Assembly (NCBI GenBank): GCA_040285825.1
Contig: JAUPSS010000007.1
Coordinates: forward strand, 2,454,689-2,518,688
Length of the DNA stretch: 64,000 bases
Origin: Eukaryota sp. TZLM1-RC
Taxonomy: Eukaryota; Protista; Metamonada: BaSk clade
Reading direction: 5' to 3'
In this document: positions 21,887 through 36,600 of the stretch, piece by piece
Layout of the letters: each line of letters starts with the position of its first letter
How positions within the stretch are numbered: position 1 is the stretch's first letter
Translations under genes and position numbers: made by a program
Notes under the pieces: model-generated
Database searches by the model: none
What the model was told of the DNA's origin: nothing
What the model saw: the letters and a program-made list of their open reading frames with translations, nothing else

Positions 21887-24532
21887 ATGAGCTTTCACCA
21901 TAATAATACTTGCATGACACTCTTTCCATCACCACAAAGACAAAGTCCTCTTCAACGTCTTCCAAGACCCAAACTTGTACAATCCAAGATTTCTTCACTT
22001 TTGAAGCCAAATAACCACACAACTGCCTTTTCAACTTCTTCGAATAAGCCAGCTCTACCATCAAAAACACTCTCTATCCAAGAAGACCTCCAACAACTTG
22101 TCAATCGTGCTCTTTCCAATTCCCAAGATTCGATTCCTTTATCCTCTATACTAGATCTACTTGAAACCCATTCATTCAAACATTCTTCATCGATCCTGGA
22201 CCAAACTACAACGGTCATTCCAATATCTGAAACAGAGTCTCCTTTGGCAAAGGTAAAGAGTCACTCTATTAAAAAAGAAGAACCTTGCTCCCATTCTAAT
22301 CATGATGTATTTGACGATGATTTCTCTGACATTTTTCTGGACGCAGTGAGCAATTTAACAAAAAAACAAGAACCTAAAAAAGAATTTCACTTAAACGAAC
22401 CAAACAAGTCTGAATTAAATACTAGCAATTCATTACCAGTATTATCCAATCTAAACACACCTCTTAAACTAAAATCACCACTTTTCAAAAAACAGCACGA
22501 AAATTCACTTCCAATTTCCCAGTTTCAAAGAGAATTTCCGTGGTCTAAAGAAGTCGTTTCTATTAATCAAACAATATTTGGGAATTCTACATTTCGACTC
22601 AACCAATTAGAAGCCATTAATGCGGCATTGTCTGGTAAAAATGTTTTTTATTTAGCGCCAACAGGCGGAGGGAAGTCGTTATGCTATTTTCTTCCTGCAG
22701 TCTATGAAAATGGAATCACCCTCGTAATATCACCCTTACTTTCACTTATTCAGGACCAAATTTCACAATTAGAAGCTTTGAACATCCCTGTAGCTGAACT
22801 ATCTTCAGCTTCAACATCTACTTTTGATATTTATAACCAATTTAGTAATTATAAAACAAATGGAATTTTAAAGTTGATATATTTGACTCCTGAAAAAGTT
22901 GCAAAGTCAGATTTATTAATAGCAAAATTGAAAAAATTATATAAAGATGGTTTTTTTAAAAGAATAATTGTTGATGAATGTCATTGCCTGAGCTCATGGG
23001 GTCATGATTTCAGAAAAGATTATCTAAAGCTTTCTATTTTGAGAAGAGAGTTTCCAACAGTCCCTGTGACGTGTCTAACAGCAACTGCCACGTCAGCAGT
23101 GGAAGATGACGTCATTAAGATTTTGAATCTCAATGACAACCTAGTGCGATTTCGACAGTCTTTTAATAGACCAAATTTAAGGTATGAGGTACTACCAAAG
23201 TCGAGCAAAACGGTTCAAGATATAATCGACTGGATCCGAAAATACGGGTATCTCAACTCTTGTGGAATCATTTACACTCTTAGTAAGAAAGACGCTGAAG
23301 AGCTTGCCGAGTCACTACTCTCAAAAGGACTTTCAGTGGCTTATTACCATGCCGGAATGAGTACAGAGGAGAGGACCAAAACACAGCAAGATTGGATGTC
23401 GGACAGGATCAGTATTATTGTCAGTACCGTTGCTTTTGCCATGGGCATTAATAAGGCTGATGTGCGATTTGTAGTTCATCATTCTCTTCCCAAGAGTCTT
23501 AATGGGTACATTCAAGAGTCTGGGAGAGCAGGCAGGGATGGCATACCTTCCAGATGTTTACTTCTCTTCTCCTGGTCTGATAGAAACAGATTAGCTGGGT
23601 TGAGTGATGTCAAGACCAATAGACATGGTAATCATTTGTCAGAAATCAATGCCGCTGCTAGATACTGCTTCTTGGATCAATGTAGAAGAAAGACCTTGTT
23701 GGCTCATTTTGACGAAGATTTTGATGATTCAAACTGTAATGCAACATGTGATGTGTGCTATCTGAGATCCCAAGACCAGATTAAGCCACAAGAATGCACA
23801 AAGGAAGCGAAAGAGCTCCTGGAGCTGTTAAAGTATGCCAAGGGTTCAGCCACATTGGCGCAACTTGTTGATGTTTACAAGTCGAAGAAGTCTCAATATT
23901 TGAATCGATTTCAACCAAAAGCAGCGGAACTATGTGGCAATACTGGAAAAACAAAGGATTTTTTGGAAAATGTTGCTCAATGTTTATTACTCGATTCATT
24001 TTTTTCTGAAAACTTTCAAAAAACATCACATAATACAGTTTCCTATCTACAATTGGGAAAAAGGTTCAGAGAGTCTTTGAACAGCAATTTCACTTATTCT
24101 ATCAATAGGGCAGATGTTAAGTTTAGAAAACGAATGACTATTGATTTTGTCTCTGTTGAAGCTGGTGTAATATGTTCTGAAAATGAATTATTGGAAATCT
24201 TAGTTAGTGTCCGTAACGAGATTTGCTCTTCTGATACTCATATTAAGCCTCAACACATATGTTCATTCGACACCCTAAGGTCATTAGCTAAACAAAAGCC
24301 AACAGATCTGGCCACCTTCAAGAGAATCACCAATTGGGCTCTTTTTAAGTTGGACAAATATGCTCGACCGTTTCTTGATGCAATCAATCAATTTATTGAT
24401 CCAAATTTTGAACCATTCGGTGATGAAGAAATTGTCATAAATTCCGACTGCTCCCCATTTCAAAGCCCACAAAAAAGAACCTTACCCTCATCATTCTTTC
24501 AGTTGCCAAAGAAGAGAAAACCACCGAATTAA
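21887..24532 (+). CDS. RecQ family DNA helicase (BLM/Sgs1-like) with RQC and HRDC domains
   Basis: FRLNQLEAIN, APTGGGKSLCY, DECHCLSSWGHDFRKDY, TATAT, YHAGM, QESGRAGRDG, CRR..LAHF...CDVC, and an HRDC-like tail. The exact start is uncertain. Confidence 0.93.
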   Translation: MSFHHNNTCMTLFPSPQRQSPLQRLPRPKLVQSKISSLLKPNNHTTAFSTSSNKPALPSKTLSIQEDLQQLVNRALSNSQDSIPLSSILDLLETHSFKHSSSILDQTTTVIPISETESPLAKVKSHSIKKEEPCSHSNHDVFDDDFSDIFLDAVSNLTKKQEPKKEFHLNEPNKSELNTSNSLPVLSNLNTPLKLKSPLFKKQHENSLPISQFQREFPWSKEVVSINQTIFGNSTFRLNQLEAINAALSGKNVFYLAPTGGGKSLCYFLPAVYENGITLVISPLLSLIQDQISQLEALNIPVAELSSASTSTFDIYNQFSNYKTNGILKLIYLTPEKVAKSDLLIAKLKKLYKDGFFKRIIVDECHCLSSWGHDFRKDYLKLSILRREFPTVPVTCLTATATSAVEDDVIKILNLNDNLVRFRQSFNRPNLRYEVLPKSSKTVQDIIDWIRKYGYLNSCGIIYTLSKKDAEELAESLLSKGLSVAYYHAGMSTEERTKTQQDWMSDRISIIVSTVAFAMGINKADVRFVVHHSLPKSLNGYIQESGRAGRDGIPSRCLLLFSWSDRNRLAGLSDVKTNRHGNHLSEINAAARYCFLDQCRRKTLLAHFDEDFDDSNCNATCDVCYLRSQDQIKPQECTKEAKELLELLKYAKGSATLAQLVDVYKSKKSQYLNRFQPKAAELCGNTGKTKDFLENVAQCLLLDSFFSENFQKTSHNTVSYLQLGKRFRESLNSNFTYSINRADVKFRKRMTIDFVSVEAGVICSENELLEILVSVRNEICSSDTHIKPQHICSFDTLRSLAKQKPTDLATFKRITNWALFKLDKYARPFLDAINQFIDPNFEPFGDEEIVINSDCSPFQSPQKRTLPSSFFQLPKKRKPPN

Positions 24533-24829
24533 GTTCTTTTTAATCGCGGTTTGCCAAATTTTTCTTGTTTTATAGTTTTTTCTACATCGATACAAAATGA
24601 ACCTAATGATAGCTTTACCATTTTGTTTCAAAAAATTAAAAATTATTAGCACCTATTGTAAAATTTGCGAAACATATAATGCAACAAAAAACGAAAATCA
24701 TGGACTAGAAGTTAATACCTTCGAAACAATCGTACAATCAATGTACATTTATGTTGTCAATGATTGAAAGCAAGAGACTTTTTTCCAGCATTATAGTAGA
24801 TGATTGCAAATTGGCAAATACCAATTTTG

Positions 24830-25700
24830 CAAAGAGAGACTCTTGCAAAATTCTGATCTACCAGTGTACTAGCCATGGCTACTGTTATCCAATTAAAGAC
24901 CAAACGTAATGTATTAATGATGGCGAATTGAATTTGAAACTGCCATCAACTATTAATTAATCTCTTCATTGACATTTGTTGAACCAAATTTTGGTAGTCA
25001 TTAATGAATATCAGCTTTTAAAGATATGCTTCTGAATTCCTAATCATGCTTATCTCAGTCAACATTATGGCGGTTTAGGCTGGACTATAGCCTCAATTCT
25101 TACGTCATGTGACTTTATTGGTAGATGTAGAAATGTCATAATGGAGTTTTCTAAAAGATTTGCAGATTGGGAACCCGAAATTTAACTATTTTTGCCTCAC
25201 ATGAAGAAATTCAAAAAATTGATACTGATGAATGCAATCGATGTTTTCCTCAATCATTCAATGACAACATTCCTGAACAAATTTATTCGAATTTAAAATA
25301 GACGCTTCAAACGTTACAAAAAGAAATGACTGTTAAAAAATTAAAATGATCTGTTTTAAAATATATGCAGCTCAGCTGTTTTAGATCATGATCTTCATTC
25401 ATTGTGATTAGAAACAGTTGTGTGTGAGAATAAGTCATCAGATTCATCACTATTTGCCACCATTATACCACGAAGGTTTGGGCTATGTGCCACTAATGAA
25501 GCTTTTGTAACAACTATTGGCAGAACAGAATTGTATTCTCAATTTTTAAAGGTGGCGTCACCTTATTATCTACTGCTTTATTATCTCTTGTTCGCTTTTA
25601 TGAAGGAAAATTTCCAGTCAATTCTTTTTGGCTGATTTGGTATGTTAATGAAGATATAGAACTTTAAGTTTGTTGTTTAGTTTTTCGTTGGAATAAATAA
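24830..25700. mobile_element. Scrambled CRE-like retrotransposon fragments (family B on both strands plus an EDIEL* 3' end)
   Basis: ~24900-24960 resembles the family B 3' region on the minus strand. 25030-25520 (+) reads ENKSSDSSLFATIIPRRF, matching ~18700-19130. The block ends EDIEL* at 25650-25667. Confidence 0.65.
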
Positions 25701-25939
25701 ATTCTTTCAAAACAATAGTGATAAAATGTGTTATAAATTAATAGTGAAAACTAACAGTGAATGAGATGAATTTTATAAATATTTTTGAAAATATTCTACT
25801 CAGTGCAAGATTCTCTTTGTACTGAAACCATACTTTGTTGATATTCGTGGATATTATAAAGACTAAAAATTAGTCCAGTAAAAATAAAACCCAAAGGTCA
25901 CAAAAACTACATTTACAAAAAAACTGCGTTTAAATATCA

Positions 25940-27615
25940 TTAAGCAAAAATACCCTTCTATAAAAATATTTGCTTATATAGATGATATATCCTTGGTTGG
26001 TTCATTTGATTTAGTAGAATTGGATGCTCAAGAAATTGCCGATTCATAAGAAGATATTGGATTTCATCTTAATGCGAACAAATGCCTTCTGATTGGCTTT
26101 TCTGCTCAAGATCTTGTGATAAACGATTCTGTTGTCCCTTTTACTAATGATAGTAGTGATGCTTTTAAGTTCGTTGATTGTTGGTCAGGAAATGTGCCTC
26201 AAATTCAGAATGAATTACAAGTCATTTTAGAGAAAATGAAAATTGAACTTTATTCAACTTCTTCTTTAGATTTAGAAAAACATATTGAATTTTTCATGCT
26301 CAAGATTTGCAAAACTGGAAGAATAACCCACATTTTGAGACCTTGTACTCCTTCCATAGCATTAGATTTTTGTCGTTCCTTTTATTCAGTGAGAACAGAA
26401 TTTTTTGCTGATTTATTGGATGTGGAACCAGGAATTTTGAACAATTACTTATTCTTTTCAATAAATTTGGGTGGTATTGGATTTACTGAATCTTCTATTT
26501 TGTGTCAATCAGCAATTTTGGGTGGATGCAAGAATTTTATTTATGAATTTTCTCGTAGATTTCCTGATGATTCTCATTTGTTAGTTCCCAGTTGGAATCC
26601 ATATTTGAATGTTGCCTTCACAAATTTGGACCAAATGTGTTCCCCAATCAATTCAAGAAATTCCAAACCGATCTCTTTTCAATTTGCAGTTTTGCTGTAA
26701 AAAGCTTCAACAAAAATTGTCAAAGATTTTTGAAAGCTTGGTTTTTGATGTTAGACTTGGCTTGGATAAGTAAAAGAATTCCGCTTTTGCAAGTCTTTTA
26801 CAAAATATGTGTGATAGTACTTCTTCTGCCTTAGTAACAACAATTCCTCAAGTTTATGGCACTCTCTTAACTGATTCTGCTTGGACTTTGAATATGAGAT
26901 TTCGTTCCTTTATCTTGCCTTCAAATTTACCTCATAATTTAATTTGTAAATGATCTCGAAAAATTACAATTACTCATCTGTTAAATTGTAAGCATTTCAT
27001 TACTTTTAGAAGCAAGGTTCACGATGCTGTAAGAGACCAACTATATTGTATGTGTAAATCTCATAGAATTGATTCCTTCTTGGAACCTCTGTTGTCAAGT
27101 CTGTTTGATGCTGAAGATGATTTTCATTAGAATAATAGAGCTGATGTTATATTACCTGGATTAGATGGAAGTTTCATTTTATTGGATGTAATGTCTGTTG
27201 ATCCTTGTAATGCCTCAAATGAAAGGCTAGTTAATTCTGAAATTCATTATCCCCTTTCAAATGCTGAAAATTTTAAATTCAAAAAATACAATGAACCTTT
27301 GTCCAAATTGGCCAGTCTACAGCATGCAAAATACAATTTGTATCCATTTGTATTTTCCCTTTTTGGTTCACTTGCACCAACTGCTTTACGTTTTTTGGAT
27401 GATTTTGAAATGCTTGTAAAGAGAAGAACTGGCAGAAATTTCAACAGATTGTTTTGGCAAAATAGAATGTGTCTTTTATTTTCAAGGGGATGTTGAAGAC
27501 GTTTTCTGATGTTTTGCTTTCTCTTGGATCTCACTATGAGAGAGTTGCATCTAGTTGTTTTGTGTTGGTAGAGATAAATTGTTTAGATGTAGATTTATAG
27601 GTTTTTAATAAAATT
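25940..27615 (+). mobile_element. Decayed CRE-like non-LTR retrotransposon (family E)
   Basis: AYIDD, GRITHILR, NLGGIGFT, HLLNCKHF..SKVHDAVRDQ, RADVILPG, LLDVMSVDPC, LYPFVFSLFG, ending DVDL* plus AATAAA. Confidence 0.85.
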
Positions 27616-27678
27616 AATAATACAAAAAAAGCATTTACAAATAACCCAAAAGATCAAAAGTATAGAAAGACAAAAAAG

Positions 27679-30600
27679 CTAAACAATTTCATTCAACGAA
27701 TTGATGAGGGTTTCCACTTTACTCTTCTCCAATTCTTCTAAATAATGATCTTTAAGCCAAATGTTCGACAAATCAACACGTGTTTGATTGTCAATCCAAT
27801 CCAACAAGGTTTCCCAGTCATTGCTAGGAGGCAATACCAAAGCATTTGGCAGCAACTTTCCTCCAAAGCGACATTTCTGGCGGGAAAAGACTTTTTTAGC
27901 AATATCCAAAACACATTGACAATCTCTTTGACTGGTAACTTGTCCCAAAACTCCAAGCTTTGGAACAGTATCAGCTAGACCATTCCAGTCAATGGCATCA
28001 AAATTAACCGTAGTGAGATCAGTTCCAATAAAATCAAAGCAAATATTGAGCATGTAAGAAAGATCAGAAAACTTTAAGGTGATTGGCTTTGTTAACCCAA
28101 AAGGAACAAACCGAGAGTATTCTGCCACAATTGAAAAGAATAGGCAGCAAAGCAGACATATAGAAGCCACTCCATCAACTTGAGCCAAAGCAGAATTATC
28201 AACAACAGTCTTTGCAAATGAAAATGTAGATTTCAAAAGCGGAACTAGTCCTTCATAATCATCCAAAATGACGTGATGACACATCATCAAAAGATTAGAA
28301 GGCAAAGACTTGATTTCTGACAGCAATATTATTGAACAATCATTAGTAAACTTATCCAACAAGGAAGCAACATTAACTGAGTCAATGTGCACGTTGACCA
28401 CGACCATAGGAACTTTGGATCTCCTGCTAGATTGGATTGTTCGCTTAGCTGAATCAAGATCCATTTCACCAACGGTTAAAGTGACGGCATTAGGATGATG
28501 AGAACGAACCAAATCGACTGTATTATATCTTGGACTACTCATTAATAATAAAGGTTTAGAATAACAGCTAGTGAGGATCATTGAGGGATTAACAGCAAAT
28601 GGGTCTGAAATATTGGACTTGTCAGGAGTTAGAATGACATGTTCTAAATTTGAGACAGAACTAATCAAGAAATTGACAAAATTTTCAGGAGATTCACTAA
28701 GAATTTTAGCAAGTTCCTTCCCAATTAGGCTTATTTCAGAATCGATTAAAGTTTCATTATCATTCTTTGTAAAAGATTTGAATTCGGCTGGAAAGAGTGA
28801 AGTTAGAATCATTAAAAGTAGCAATGAACGATCAGATCGCTTTAAAGAAGAGCTCAATGATACAAAAATTTGCGACAACAAGGACCTCAATAGCTTGGAA
28901 ATATCAAAACAATGTTCAGAAGATTGATCACGTTTCCAATTTAGTAAACAAGAATTAATAATTCTATAATAGTCAGAGTAAGTAATTGAGTATAGATTGT
29001 TAATGCCTGCTAACTTCTGAAGAGCAAAATAACAACAAGTGACCCTTTGTGAGACGTAAAGGAGATCAGAACTACGACTTTCGATTTGATTGATTGCTGA
29101 AAGACTTTCTGCGACTTTTTGATTGATTAAAGTAGATTCTTTCTTTAAATTTTCTAATGTTATTAAAAGCTCTTGATCTTCTAATATTGACTGAGTCGAT
29201 TGAGATAATTTCAATAATAGTTCATCTTCTAATTTAACTAACTTTGGTTTATTTAATTCAATTTCAGAAAGTAAATTCACCTTTGTTTCAAAAAGAGATG
29301 GATAAATGTTTTTCAACAAATCTTGAAGGAAAATATTTGAAACAGTTGAGAACGTAAGCTCAAAAGAGATCAGTCGACAACGTTTGACCAAAATTTCAGG
29401 AATATTTGACAAATGTTGATCTGACAACAACGCAAAATTGAAAGAAGGAGACACATCAATTAATTTACCATTAAATTGTAAACTGGATGAAGAGCCTTTA
29501 TCCAATAAGGAAACTAAAATTGGATCAAAAACTTGAACATCTGAAAAATTAATAAAAACAAAGTGGCCAAATCGCATAGCATTTTCAAGATTCTTTAACC
29601 AGCCATTAGAACCAACAGTGACAACAGTGACGGCGAAAATTTCGTCATAGATAGAGCTCAGTACGTCAAATATTCTATGTGATGGATCAATAACTAGGGG
29701 AACAATATTTGAGGGGTCGATTATTGATAAGATATTAAAGAGCACAGAGAATTCATCCAAGGAAACTAAATTGGAACCACAGAATTTCTCAAACAATTGT
29801 TTAGTACCACTCAAATGATTTGATAAACTACAGTCCAATGAATCAAAAATTTTAATTTCTTTGGAATTTAAAATTGCTGAGCAAGGATCAACAAGGGTCA
29901 AGTTGAAGTCTTCAACGAGACTAGAACAAATTTGGTCCTTGATTAATTGTTTTTGGCGAACATCAAAAATACCACAAGTTGCAATCATAAATCCAATCAA
30001 AACTGATTGAGAAACGACGCGACCCGCCATTTGTTTTTGATCCTTTGTATAGGAATTCCAGCGACTTCTTTCACTATCAAATGATTGCAGTAAAGTGATT
30101 GCTCTACCTGACTTGCCTTTTACATTTTCTAAATGCGTATTAATTTCAGCAGCCTCGGCCATCTGAGTCTGATATGTCTCATCAAGTCCTGTAATTTCTG
30201 CCGATAATTGACTTATTTTCACCTCTGCTTCTGATTTTTGATCTATGAGCAATGCAGCTTGTTTTTCTAATTCTGTACATTCAGCCTTGAGTGGAGCAAT
30301 TTCAGATTGGATATTAGCATAGTTAAGTTGAGAAACTAACCATTTAAACAATAATGCACAAACTTTACTAGAATTTTTAACATTTTCAAAAGTAAATAAA
30401 GGATTTTCCAAGAAATCTCTTTGTAATTTCAATCTCTGTTTTTCTGTTAATTGACTTCCTTCAAATGACATTATCCTTGAAATAAAATCAGGCGATCTAA
30501 TAACAGACCTGATTCTATTCCAATCAGGATTCCTTTCGGAAATAATCCCCAAAGCAATACTAATAGCATGTAAAGTCAAAACAACGCCATCTGGTGGTGA

Positions 30601-33600
30601 AGATAAAGACTGTAATTCATTAAGATGAACTCTTTTGATCTCTTGGAGGGCTTTTTGAGCTTCAATAACAGCGGGTTCAACCTCTGAGAGACGAGTTTGG
30701 GCAGCTTCTTGGTTGATTTTGACTTGATTCTGAGCTTTTTCTAATTCAATCGTCATTGTTTCTAAAGAAGTCTTTTGACTTTCAAGATCCTTCTGTTTAT
30801 CTACTAAGTTTTTCAAGCTCACTTTTGCCTGAGCTTGTTTCTCTGCCAAAATTTGCTCTTGTCTCGAAAGATCAGCAGATAAAGAATCAATCGCAACTAC
30901 AGATTTTTCCAACATGCCTATTCCTTGAGAAACTCTTTCAATTTGCGTAGAGCTTTCCTTGTAAATTTGTAAGCCGCTGGAGATGATCAAATTAATCAGT
31001 GAAAAAAGTGAATTGATTGGTGACAAGTGCAAATCATTTGATTGGCAAAATGATTGAATCTTATCGAAAATGGTGGATACTAATGATGATATAAATTCTA
31101 GTGAATCATCCACTTCCAAAGTCGAGATAACAAGCTGAAAATCAGAGAAACGTGAATTTGCCTGGAAAAGTGATGAAGTTAAACTAAATACACCAGAAAA
31201 TTCCCAATGAGCCATAAATAACACAGAACATCTATTAATTAAAGCAGGAGAAAGATTGGGGGATTCAGTGTTAGTAATGCTATAACATATATGCAAATTA
31301 TTCCGCACCCGTGATGTAAATATCGAATACAGATCTCCTTTTTCATTTGATGATAATGTAGCTTTTACTTCAGAGAGTAAAGTTTCCAAAGAATCTCCTT
31401 CAAATAAGCCTGGAGTATCTCCTTGTGATAGTAAGCAGTTGAGAGATTCAACTATAGAATTATTGGAGATTAAAAAGTCATCAATGGACAAAAGAACTTG
31501 ACGATTGTCGACTCCAGCCATTCTGACTACAGATTTAATGTCAGAAAGGAAAGAGTTTAATGAATAATTCTCAATAATATGAAGAAAATGTACGGGAATT
31601 GATTTGATAAATGAAATGAACTCAATCAAGGATGTCTTTGAAGAACCGGATTCTCCAACAATTATGCAATGCCCTAATGGCTGTCTGAGAATAGAGTCCA
31701 GTTTAATTAAAGAGTCAATAAAACTCGGAATGGGAACCAAAACTTTGTTAAACTTCTTGTAGAAATCTTCAGTTTTAAGAGAAAGTGAATGCGCAAGTAC
31801 TGATTTTTCAACAAACTCTAAATCAGTACCCAATAGAGAAGTGAAAACCGTAGTATTTGATAAAATAGTTTCAATTTGTTCAGAGTTCTTGAATTTGGGT
31901 AAATGTTGTTCAAAAAGTGAAGTAACTGTTCTGATGAAAGAACTATAATCATCTTGGTTAGTTAGTCGTGTACCAAAATTGTTTAGTAACTCAGATAAGA
32001 CCACCGAGATAAATGCTTCAACAGAAAAACCACCATCATCTAAAGAGGTAAGTCCAATATAAATTCCTCTCATTAAACGAGAAAGATCTCTCAATGAATA
32101 AACATAGAGCAAATTACTATTACTGAATGTAGATTTGCATTCTGAAAAAACACCTATAATAAACCTGGTGACTGGGTCTAAAAAGGGTTGAATAGCCTTG
32201 AAATTCTGTGCTACAAGGCCCAATATTGAATTATAAATAGTAAATAATGAGGAGTTAGATGGTGTACTGATGTAAATGGGGGTTAAATGTCTAAATAATC
32301 TCTCGGGAAGGACAATTCTGCCCGGATCTGAGCTAGGATTACAAGCGGCAACAATATAGATATCGTCTGATATAAGGCAGTATTTGTCGAATAAATAAAC
32401 TCTCTTTAACTCAATTAATTGCCGTAAAAACATAGATGTAGGGGAATGTCCATAGGTGCTTAATTTGGGTAAATTAATTTCATCACAGAATAAGACCAAT
32501 TTTTTGGCACTTTTGGGTCTTAATATTGTTGAATTACCAACAGAAACCGCTTCACAACACGATGAAAGAGTTTTTTCAATAAAAGTTACTGTTGTTTCAC
32601 CTGAAAAACTTAGAGTGACCATATTGGTATTTGGAAGCGAATCAAAAACAAATGAAATTAAAAAACTTTTCCCATAACCAGGGGGTCCGTACAATAACGC
32701 TGACTTATTAGCATAATAAAGATTTTTCAACAAATCCACAAAGTAAGCAGTATCTTGTGTTAAAACAAAAGGTTCTTTTTCCATTAAATTAATGGAGTTG
32801 ATCGTTTGAGTTTCAACCTCAATAAGTTGATAGTCAGACGAAGGTAAAACGATGAAATCTAAGAGAGAAGAATCATCCGAATTTGGCAAGGGTAACAAAT
32901 CGGAAATCAAATTGAATGTACAAATTGAATCAGATATTTCAATGGCCATGTCGCGATGAAAACTAGACGTCAATGCTTTGAGAAATGAAATAAAAGAAAA
33001 TCTTTGAATAAATTTGGCCGAGTGAATTCCATTAGATACATCATCATTGTTGAAATTAGATAATAAAACACTAGAAAAAGTACTAGCAATATTGTATAAG
33101 ATTGAATTCTCAGAATAATTACCAAAAAAACAGTCAGCAAACTGAGGAACAAAGTCCTTCAAAATATTAAAACAGTGAGTAATGAAATTATTTGACAAAA
33201 TAAAACAAGATAGAATATCTACAAACAGCTCATTTTTTCCCAAATCCCCTAATAAATCCAACACCAAACACTTAAATTCAATAGAATTATTTGGGAAATA
33301 AATTGTTCCACACCGTGAAACAGTGGCTAAAGAAGCAGATTTAGTATCAAATGTTTCCAGAATTATTCTGGTATTTGATAATAAAGGAATGCGTTCTCCA
33401 GTAGGAAGAGACAGGCACTTGTTATCATCTAATAAAGAGTTTAATAACTCTACCCAATCAGGATCTAAATCAGAGTCCAAAACTATCCAAATATTTGAAT
33501 TTGATTGACTACAAGATGTCGCAATACCACGTAATTTTGAGGTAAATACACCATCAAACCATTCTCCAGTTGCTGGGTCTTTATAGCCATAAAAACTACG

Positions 33601-36600
33601 TTTTCCGAGAGAAGAAGGATCAAAATACACAACTTCAGCGTTGAAAAGTTTTGACCCAATCATAATCACAGAGGACTTTCCAGAACTAGAAACTCCGCTT
33701 AATAAAAGACCGTGGTAAGAAGGTATTAAGGATACAAAATCCAACATTTTTTGTTTCCAAATAGAAGTAACTGATGGGTATGATGATGTGATCAGTCTTT
33801 GTAATTCTTGTAACTGATTGTCATCAACAAGATAAGAGCCAACATCACCAAAGATAGTTGTTACTAATTCTTTTAGTAAATCCAAATCTTTGCCCAATAA
33901 CTTGGGTCTAACTGTTTGTTGAATACTAGAGACCAATAGTTCAAAATGGGATGTGACAGAGCTTGAATTCAAAAGACTTCCACATAGAAGAATGGATTTT
34001 TTGATTGCTCGAAGACCAAAATCATAATGATGTTGGTCTGACATTTCAGACTTACATAATCTGAATAATTCAACAATCTTGGAGGAATAATTTTCAACAA
34101 ATTCAGGTGAAAATCCTTGAGAAAGTAACAGAACACGAGAAATATCTTCTAAATCTGGTTTTTCCATAGAAACGGGTCTAAAAAGCGTTTTTAAATTCTC
34201 CGGTAGTTCATTTCTGCCCTTATAATTACTTGACAAGGGATTCATGGTGACAAAAAGAGCAGTAAACTTGTGTAAATCGGCTGTTCTGAATGAAAGCTTC
34301 GCCGATCGATCGGAGTTTTTGATGCTTTTCTGAATTTCAAAAATTTCATTAGACACAAAACTCAAAACTTCTGGTGAAAGTCTATTAAATTCATCAAAAC
34401 AACCCCATGCTCCAGACTCACAAAGACCGACGAAAATTCTGGTCATTGAGCGACTGTCAAAAGATTTATCAGCATTAAAGACCAAAACTTGACGTCCAAG
34501 AAATGCTCCTAATGCCCTGATACTTTCTGTTTTTCCAGTACCAGCAGGACCAGTAGGAGCAGATGATAGACCGTTAGCAAGAGCGTGCATAAAAATGTTG
34601 AAAGAGTCTTGTAGAAGAGGAGTTCTAACTAGGAAATCACGAATTCCAATAAATTCCCATCCGTATTCTTGACTAGAGTGACCAACACTGATTGTGATTG
34701 GTTGATTTACCGAGTTGGCTTGATATGCACGAAGGTTGCTTAACCATTTATAGGACGATTTGGAAATTTTTGGGTTTAAATTCAGTTTTTCCAGAACCAA
34801 GTGTAATTTAACAAATTCTGGGAGTAATGCTTTACTTTTGACGGAAACCAGCCTAACTTCTGAGCGGATAAAAGATGATAATGTAGAGAGAACTTCCTTG
34901 AAAAAATTACCCAGAGGTTGAATATTAGTATTATTTGCTAGACAATTTTCAGTTTCTCTGGTCCAGAAAACCAAAAACGAAAGCCAAATTAGCTGAAAAG
35001 GTTTGTTAGCTAGAAAATCTGTTAAAACAGATTCCAACTGTGCAGAATTGTTGAGCAAATCAGTGGTTAGAGCTTTTAACATTACAGATAAAGACTTCCT
35101 AAGACTCATAGTAACGCTATTACACAGACCACTCAAAAACTCTGGTAAAGAGTCATAAAGACTTGTATCTAAGGGGTCACTTAAAGTGAGGGAATCACCC
35201 AATGGACAGCAAACATCAGTGACTTTTGAATTATCAATGACAAGAGTACCAATACCAGTAAAAATCTTGGGTAGAAAAGGAGCTAATTCAGAAATGTTGT
35301 TCTTAAAGGAGCTTAACATTGAAAATAATTCTGAATCACCAATGAAATAAAGTCTAGGAAACTTGGCTCTTTCATTCTCTAAAACAGAAAGTAATTGCTG
35401 CTGAACGAACTGTAACCCTTCCATCACGTCATCCAACAATTCGGAATACTTTGGATTGTTTACAATTGAGATCACGTTCAGCGAATCAGCAAGTTTGGAG
35501 GTTAACTTGCCAAAAGTAAAACAAGAATCAGTCCATTTCTTGCCAAAAGTGGTAGTATTAAACGAATACAGTTTAGAAATAGAGGAAACTTCCACAAATA
35601 AACTTTGAACTTTGCTAAGAAGAGTTAACCGATTTTCCAAGGATAAAAGAAGATTTTCCAGCTTCAGAGCTTGGGGTTCAAAAGGTTCAAAATAAGGAGA
35701 CTTTTTGACGCTATCAACAGCAGATAAATCATCAAATACTTTCTGACTTAGAGAATCCAAATTTGTTACAAGTAAATACTCTGAATTTGAGGGTTGAGTG
35801 AAGGTTAATAATTCATTATTCCAAAAGGCCTCTGTACAACTCAAAAACTCTTCCACGGAAGACTCACCTTCAGCAATGGTGAGTAACGATCTTATTTCTG
35901 ATTCAAATGATTTAAGATTGAGACTTCCACAAACCCCAAATATATAAGTCAAGGGTATTTCTTGAAGAGAATGGAACTTATCTAAACCAAATAGTTTAAA
36001 CAGTTTATATCGGTGTCGCTGTTTTAAATTGGTGCTGACAATATCCGAAATTAATGGAACTAAAGATAAACAATTACTGACTAATTGTAAGTAGTAATTA
36101 TGACACTCAACTGAAATACTGATTGATCGAAGTGAATCATACAAATCAGACAAATTTTCCTTTAAGATGGACAAACAGCTTGGGTGAAATAGAGTTGAGA
36201 AGGGATCGGATAGCAAAATATTGAGCTTGTCAGAGCTGTGCGACAAGTGTTCCCAAAGTCTCTGATATTCAGAGGTCTCCGAGTCGATAATGTTTAATAT
36301 TTTAAAAGCTCTAGATAAATTGCTCTTGGCTGGTTCGAAATTCAACCCAGTGTTAACTTCCTTCAAGTGACAAATAGCCTTGCTTAACTTGGCATGACGA
36401 GTGAAACTTTCAGTACAGAAGTCTTGAAACCGAGATACAACCTTTAAGCTTTCTGATGGAAGTGTATTTGGTTTACAAGGCTTGGAGTTTTTCCATTGTT
36501 GTAATTTCTGATTTATAGATTGAACAAATTTTTCAGACTCATCGAGGATAATCCCCCGCAGCTTTTTTGTATTATTAATATTATTAATTTGTTCAAGTTT